A stretch of 63,977 nucleotides of DNA, filler included, from Folioceros fuciformis (Eukaryota), in assembly GCA_049999805.1 (NCBI GenBank). It is 5 parts of 4 records of this genome, joined end to end, with 100 filler letters (N's around TTAATTAATTAA, not from the genome) between each part and the next. Parts side by side here need not be neighbours in the genome. Positions count along the whole stretch, not along the records: positions 55,652 to 62,268 come from JBNGIO010005995.1; positions 62,369 to 63,977 come from JBNGIO010006031.1; 3 more parts are not named here. One strand, 5' to 3'. Made by a program: the position numbers and the translations under genes. A model generated the notes under the pieces. It saw nothing but the letters and a program-made list of their open reading frames with translations, did not search any database and was not told the DNA's origin. This document shows, in pieces, positions 61,601-63,977 of the stretch (position 1 is its first letter; each line of letters starts with the position of its first letter).

Positions 61601-62268
61601 GATACCAAGTTGCATTCAGCACTTTGGGCTTACAGGACAGCAGAGAGGATCACCACGAAGAGGACTCCATACTACTTGACCTATGGTATGTCGCCTGTTC
61701 TTCCCATTGAGTTTGAGATTCCCACTCACCGTGTCATGGAGGAGGCTAGGCTACCGGTGAGGGAGAGCCAAGAAGCTAGGTTGGAAGCTTTCATCACCTA
61801 CGAGGAGGACCGAGAAGAAGCCTTGGAGGAGACACATAGGATACAAGAGCAAAGGAAAACCCGCCACGATGGTAGGTTGAGGAAGAAGGAGACCATCGTA
61901 CAGGGCGATCTGGTGCTACTGTATGACAGTAGGTACATGGATTTCCCAGGTAAGCTGAGGCTGAGATGGATGGGTCCTTACAAGGTGGAGGAAGTGTTTG
62001 AGAATGGGTCTGTCCAGTTGAGGGTATTGGATGGTGATTTGTTGCCAACTAGGGTCAATGGTTGGCAAGTCGAGAAGTACTATCAGCCCTGAGAGGGTTA
62101 GTTGTTTGCGGGGACGCAAACAGCTGAGAAGGGGGGCATGTGAACCTCCCAAGTTTGGGGTAGTAGTTTGTTTTGGTTGAAAAAGGGTTAATAGTGGTAT
62201 GGTTTGGTTTTCTTTTTCAACTTATTTTTCCTATTTTTCTTTGTGCTAATTGGGTTAATTGACCAGGA
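55652..62268 (+). mobile_element. Ty3/Gypsy non-chromovirus LTR retrotransposon (Athila-like tRNA-Asp PBS); internal region complete, both LTRs cut by contig ends
   Basis: 5' LTR end ...CTCCACA (55698); PBS TGGCGCCGTTGCCGGGGA (55703-55720); PPT GAGAAGGGGGG (62126-62136); 3' LTR starts TGTGAA at 62139. Confidence 0.93.
55775..62092 (+). CDS. Intact single-ORF Gag-Pol polyprotein (Gag, PR, RT, RNase H, IN), 2105 aa
   Basis: Zinc knuckles CSICHQSGHTHQEC, CFNCGLPGHYANEC, CQVCKDPGHRAGDPRC; protease LDTGS; RT FLDGYSGYNQI, LPFGLCNAP, VFLDDF; RNase H FHVYVDVS..NYSTTERE; integrase HHCC, WGIDFVGP, LVSDRGTHF, NGLTE, WMGPY. Order RT-RH-IN; no chromodomain. Confidence 0.97.
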   Translation: MSGGRGDRRTGRGRSVVTPSPRDLRATRRNLLRGESSLTPKASTLVQEELPWSSGEHESEGLIAGERDIQEVGITSGCRKESYSQQVGHVERESVLQSSVVQSTLGDTSVVVSLLDSLQSLVGGQSVPLPAIVPLSAPVVVSIGAVLPTSSISQVGGGVAARMAAPIHSRQQYVKFGDKRRGEDAESFLRTFEHVSRANMEDTTADRLRIFPGLLRGQAQQWYSRTYGVTPPVDWDSLKDDFLTRFRGLSHGHHTYARLRTLKRGRKEDLYDYIERFYSYVDRIPRGRPVVPGGPSTPGYTDAQALDWFAGGLPDRMATYCTRGVTTLQEALKAAEDFELSELSREKRKQNRKYGHHRRSRHHSPSSSSRSRSPSHSDPDYDSLVSDPYTDEESDKAYERRMRKDLEKARKRREEDEDRRAEKDKRGKGSYRMERGEPSSSGGGLTSQVEALTRRLAELEVKAVRNQAPRRSPSPGRQLVYCSICHQSGHTHQECTRAPRHAVNQVDTYLPGDYWYVDDSYQVQAVTAPRPPQSIRPSFQPPGPPGMRYGPRPVSPGHWRPDPSQRPQVVAAGCCFNCGLPGHYANECTEPRRQLGFVPFCQVCKDPGHRAGDPRCSGIPRLVLPRSGVRITEAPQEGLPPAVETTTPVTSAPVLSVEAEEEPLIDSQAFSGIVEEGYSGEASDGEEVMVARVATRSERRYRERTKKEEKRRRRERDNTPKPSEAREEPLIQQGKNDVSTGQEVDPPHREEGELDEGEVEESAFPPDISKEVAAMLEEELTRLMHRSKKVTFADPLVTGVVESASPLEKEQEGEKVDRSEEDGGINPPKTTTAREALAMKVAGFADALLDQEFVVSLRQLLSVSPKAKKIVKEAIRGIPEPLEGKTVPTWMSSVELADCGAPEIEVEIAGCLVPDVPLDTGSGVNLMTEDTAHRLGFTEFDPIRVYLRMADQTKRKPLGVLKDVPTVIGGIMFKLTYIVMRPVSDLGYKVLLGRPWLYGTACVFDFGRKGVTFRSKPTGPAEISFVSWSKAPYGGETAGPSPGYTSGSTGGSTSSSTGAYKGVGHTVRMVDLDQEVTCFHTKVVENEDPQEDEEQREGAAFWKGKAYDYDFPEEGSGTSVGSSPEGVYVDPDAVEDMELTPGKKVKVSKYLTPKEKVGLKALLTEYLDVFAFKVTDMTGVPEELGVHRIDLKEGSTPVRVKQYRLNPKYSMVVKEQLDQYLEAGVIYPVLTSEWVAPIVVVPKKQAGKVRVCQDFRKLNEATKKDHHPLPFMDSVLDTVAGHEMYSFLDGYSGYNQITMREEDRDKTTFTTDWGTYAYTKLPFGLCNAPTTFQRVVNTIFKEFLRKFMEVFLDDFCVFGRRYLHLEQLRKCLQRCRETNLKLHPGKCFFCMTEGILLAHRVSARGLQVDMEKVKIISEMDAPQSVRQVRAFIGLVGYYRRFIKDFAKKAAALTQLTKKDVLYEWTPEREEAFQDLKRSLVAAPTLSPPNWEKTFHVYVDVSAYAIGAILSQQDDKKRDHPIFYAGRQLTDAERNYSTTEREALGIIYACKKFRHYLLACKVVFHVDHFALKYLVNKPDLSGRIARWILLLQEFDFEVETRAGKSHVNADFVSRLKTKGKVRETDDRFPDEELIAAVHTVEEGEFDEQVTGEGGGTSTRVESSQKVSQARRKRNHRSDRLGRPCARQLLPVEVRRFLEFGIMPAGLSREGRAVFLHKTGPYCLKQGVLYKLGPDGKVRRCLEVNEGVVVTEALHAEEAGGHYSVPITIKKFLDTGFWWATMQRDVWDFVRRCDACQRVGRPTLTTRWPLTYILPLAPFKKWGIDFVGPIRPPTRWTRKQYILVATDYCTKMVEAEATRRDDAPTVAKFLFENIITRYGCPLELVSDRGTHFLNEVITALTTYFNIRHRKTTPYNPKANGLTEKTNGLLGTILTKVTVTHMYDWDTKLHSALWAYRTAERITTKRTPYYLTYGMSPVLPIEFEIPTHRVMEEARLPVRESQEARLEAFITYEEDREEALEETHRIQEQRKTRHDGRLRKKETIVQGDLVLLYDSRYMDFPGKLRLRWMGPYKVEEVFENGSVQLRVLDGDLLPTRVNGWQVEKYYQP

Positions 62269-62368
62269 NNNNNNNNNNNNNNNNNNNNNNNNNNNNNNNN
62301 NNNNNNNNNNNNTTAATTAATTAANNNNNNNNNNNNNNNNNNNNNNNNNNNNNNNNNNNNNNNNNNNN
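62269..62368. other. Artificial contig join
   Basis: TTAATTAATTAA at 62313-62324 inside a 100-bp N block. Confidence 0.95.
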
Positions 62369-62370
62369 TC

Positions 62371-62976
62371 ACCTGGACGCCCCACTTCAGTTTGGCAGCC
62401 GACGAGGACCCTCTCCAGGACTTCTGCGTGGCCCAAGCGGGCGCTCCCACCATCAACGGCGTCGTCTGCAAACCAGCCGATGAGGTGACGGCAACCCACT
62501 TCAAGTTCTCGGGCCTCAACGGCCCCGGCAACACCGGCAACAAGTTCAAGGCTGCAGTGACGCCCGCGTCCGTCGCCCAATTCCCGGGCCTCAACACGCT
62601 GGGGATCTCCGCCGCCCGCATTGATTTCGCTGTGGGCGGGCTCAACCCTCCGCACTCCCACCCGAGAGCCACCGAGCTGCTGTTCGTGGTGGAGGGCACT
62701 CTCGAGGTTGGATTCGTCTCGTCTAACGGGAACACGCTCTTCCAGCAGACGCTCAACAAGGGCGATCTGTTTGTCTTCCCCAGAGGCCTCCTTCATTTCC
62801 AGAAGAACGTCGGCTATGGTCCGGCGTGGGCCGTGGCAGCCCTGGGGAGCCAGAATCCTGGACTGCAGCAGGCAGCTGCCGCTCTCTTTGGCTCCCCGCT
62901 GCCATCGGATGTGCTGCAGCAGACGTTTGGAATCGATGACAAGACAGTCCAGCGGCTGGAGGCCAGTCAGAAGTAG
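62371..62976 (+). CDS. Germin-like protein (cupin); 5'-truncated within the signal peptide
   Basis: DPLQDFCVA (box A); NG..CK; FPGLNTLG; GGLNPPHSHPRATELLFVVEG (germin box B); GDLFVFPRGLLHFQKNVG (box C). Confidence 0.95.
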   Translation, partial: TWTPHFSLAADEDPLQDFCVAQAGAPTINGVVCKPADEVTATHFKFSGLNGPGNTGNKFKAAVTPASVAQFPGLNTLGISAARIDFAVGGLNPPHSHPRATELLFVVEGTLEVGFVSSNGNTLFQQTLNKGDLFVFPRGLLHFQKNVGYGPAWAVAALGSQNPGLQQAAAALFGSPLPSDVLQQTFGIDDKTVQRLEASQK

Positions 62977-63977
62977 ACGCATCCACAAGCACATATCAGC
63001 AATGCAATGCAATGCAATGCATGGGCCCTCCGTTTGTTAGCCAGTCCAGTCCATCCATCCGTGACGGTGCCATAGCATAGCATTCATCCACTCGGGACAG
63101 TCCCCTCGGTCCTGCTCCTGGGCCTGGAGGACGTCGCACTTATTCCACTTTTTCTGAGATGTATTCCCGAATTTATTGGATCACTCGGTACATTATTCTG
63201 TACCCAGCATGTGAGCGTCGTGCGGAAGAAAATGTATAACAAATCAGTCCCTTCAACGTGCCTTCAAGTGTCTCCGGGCGCGTCTAAGGTCTAGGGCAAG
63301 CTAAGTAACTAGATTATGTCTCTAATACTCCCTAAGAGTCTACATCGCACATGTCAGGCTACTTTGCTGTTCTCTTTGCTTTCAACACTTTGAAGAGCTC
63401 TAGAAGCTATATGCGTATCAGCCCTTAAGAACAACTCACACAATGTCATATATCATATGCGTAGTAGTGGTATGGGAGGTCGATTTATTTGCTTTGACCG
63501 TTGAACTAAATTTTTGGTGATAAGCTGCTGATAATCATTGAACATCTATCTCGATATGAACCACAAGCTTCTCTTGTGTCATCCCAAGTTTAACAAGGAA
63601 TCAAATGCAATCCACAACATGCTACTTGGTGACAATACACAGCTTTGTGGCCATACAATATTATGTCAAATGAATCTAGCGACCATGACCTCTTCTGTAT
63701 TCTTCAAGCCTAGCATGCTCCAGCCCAAGACATCCTTTATATTTATATTCATGCTTTGCATGCGCTCCTCATGTGCCATACGAAAAAGCTTGCATATCTA
63801 TCTTGAGAATACATTCATTCATATTCTTTAACATGATATGAGTCTGAGCTTCATGTCTTCACTCTCTCTTTGCTTCTTTAGCAGGTCTATATCTTGGCTA
63901 CTTTCATCTAATATGATACATGGCTAAAAGAGTTTTTTCGCGAACCAAAGAATTCAGATTAAATCAGCACTAGGCTA

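Noticed and set aside
63300..63977. Degenerate ORF-like stretch after the germin-like gene
   Set aside because: Multiple stops and no identifiable motifs.

Overview
Eukaryotic nuclear DNA from a gene-dense, short-intron (~80-150 bp) land plant. LHCB6, a plastid SecA1, a LysM-RLK pseudokinase and a flagellar dynein-regulatory gene (DRC9/IQCG-like) point to a seed-free plant with motile sperm; a hornwort-like genome is my inference, not shown. The window is not one contiguous locus. Four 100-bp N blocks carry an artificial TTAATTAATTAA linker (29303, 47809, 55596, 62313), so it is five joined contigs. Contigs 1-2 (1-47764) hold about 20 tightly packed genes: LYR kinase, LHCB6, an EF-hand protein plus a decayed duplicate, ILP1, an intronless methyltransferase, ORC6, a coiled-coil orphan, THO5, GT61, a mitochondrial-carrier-family transporter, intronless SecA1, a CGL160/AtpI-like protein, a membrane-anchored PAP-like phosphatase, DRC9, an intronless STP, a DnaJ-type zinc finger, UFD1 and an ankyrin protein. 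Contigs 3-4 are Ty3/Gypsy-derived. One element has an intact 2105-aa gag-pol. A related pol-less element has a PPT-LTR-PBS junction, a 2.83-kb LTR containing a decayed ORF, and a Gag fused to a long coiled coil; this is the most unusual structure seen. Contig 5 carries a germin-like gene. All calls are by eye, without database searches, and internal exon boundaries are approximate.
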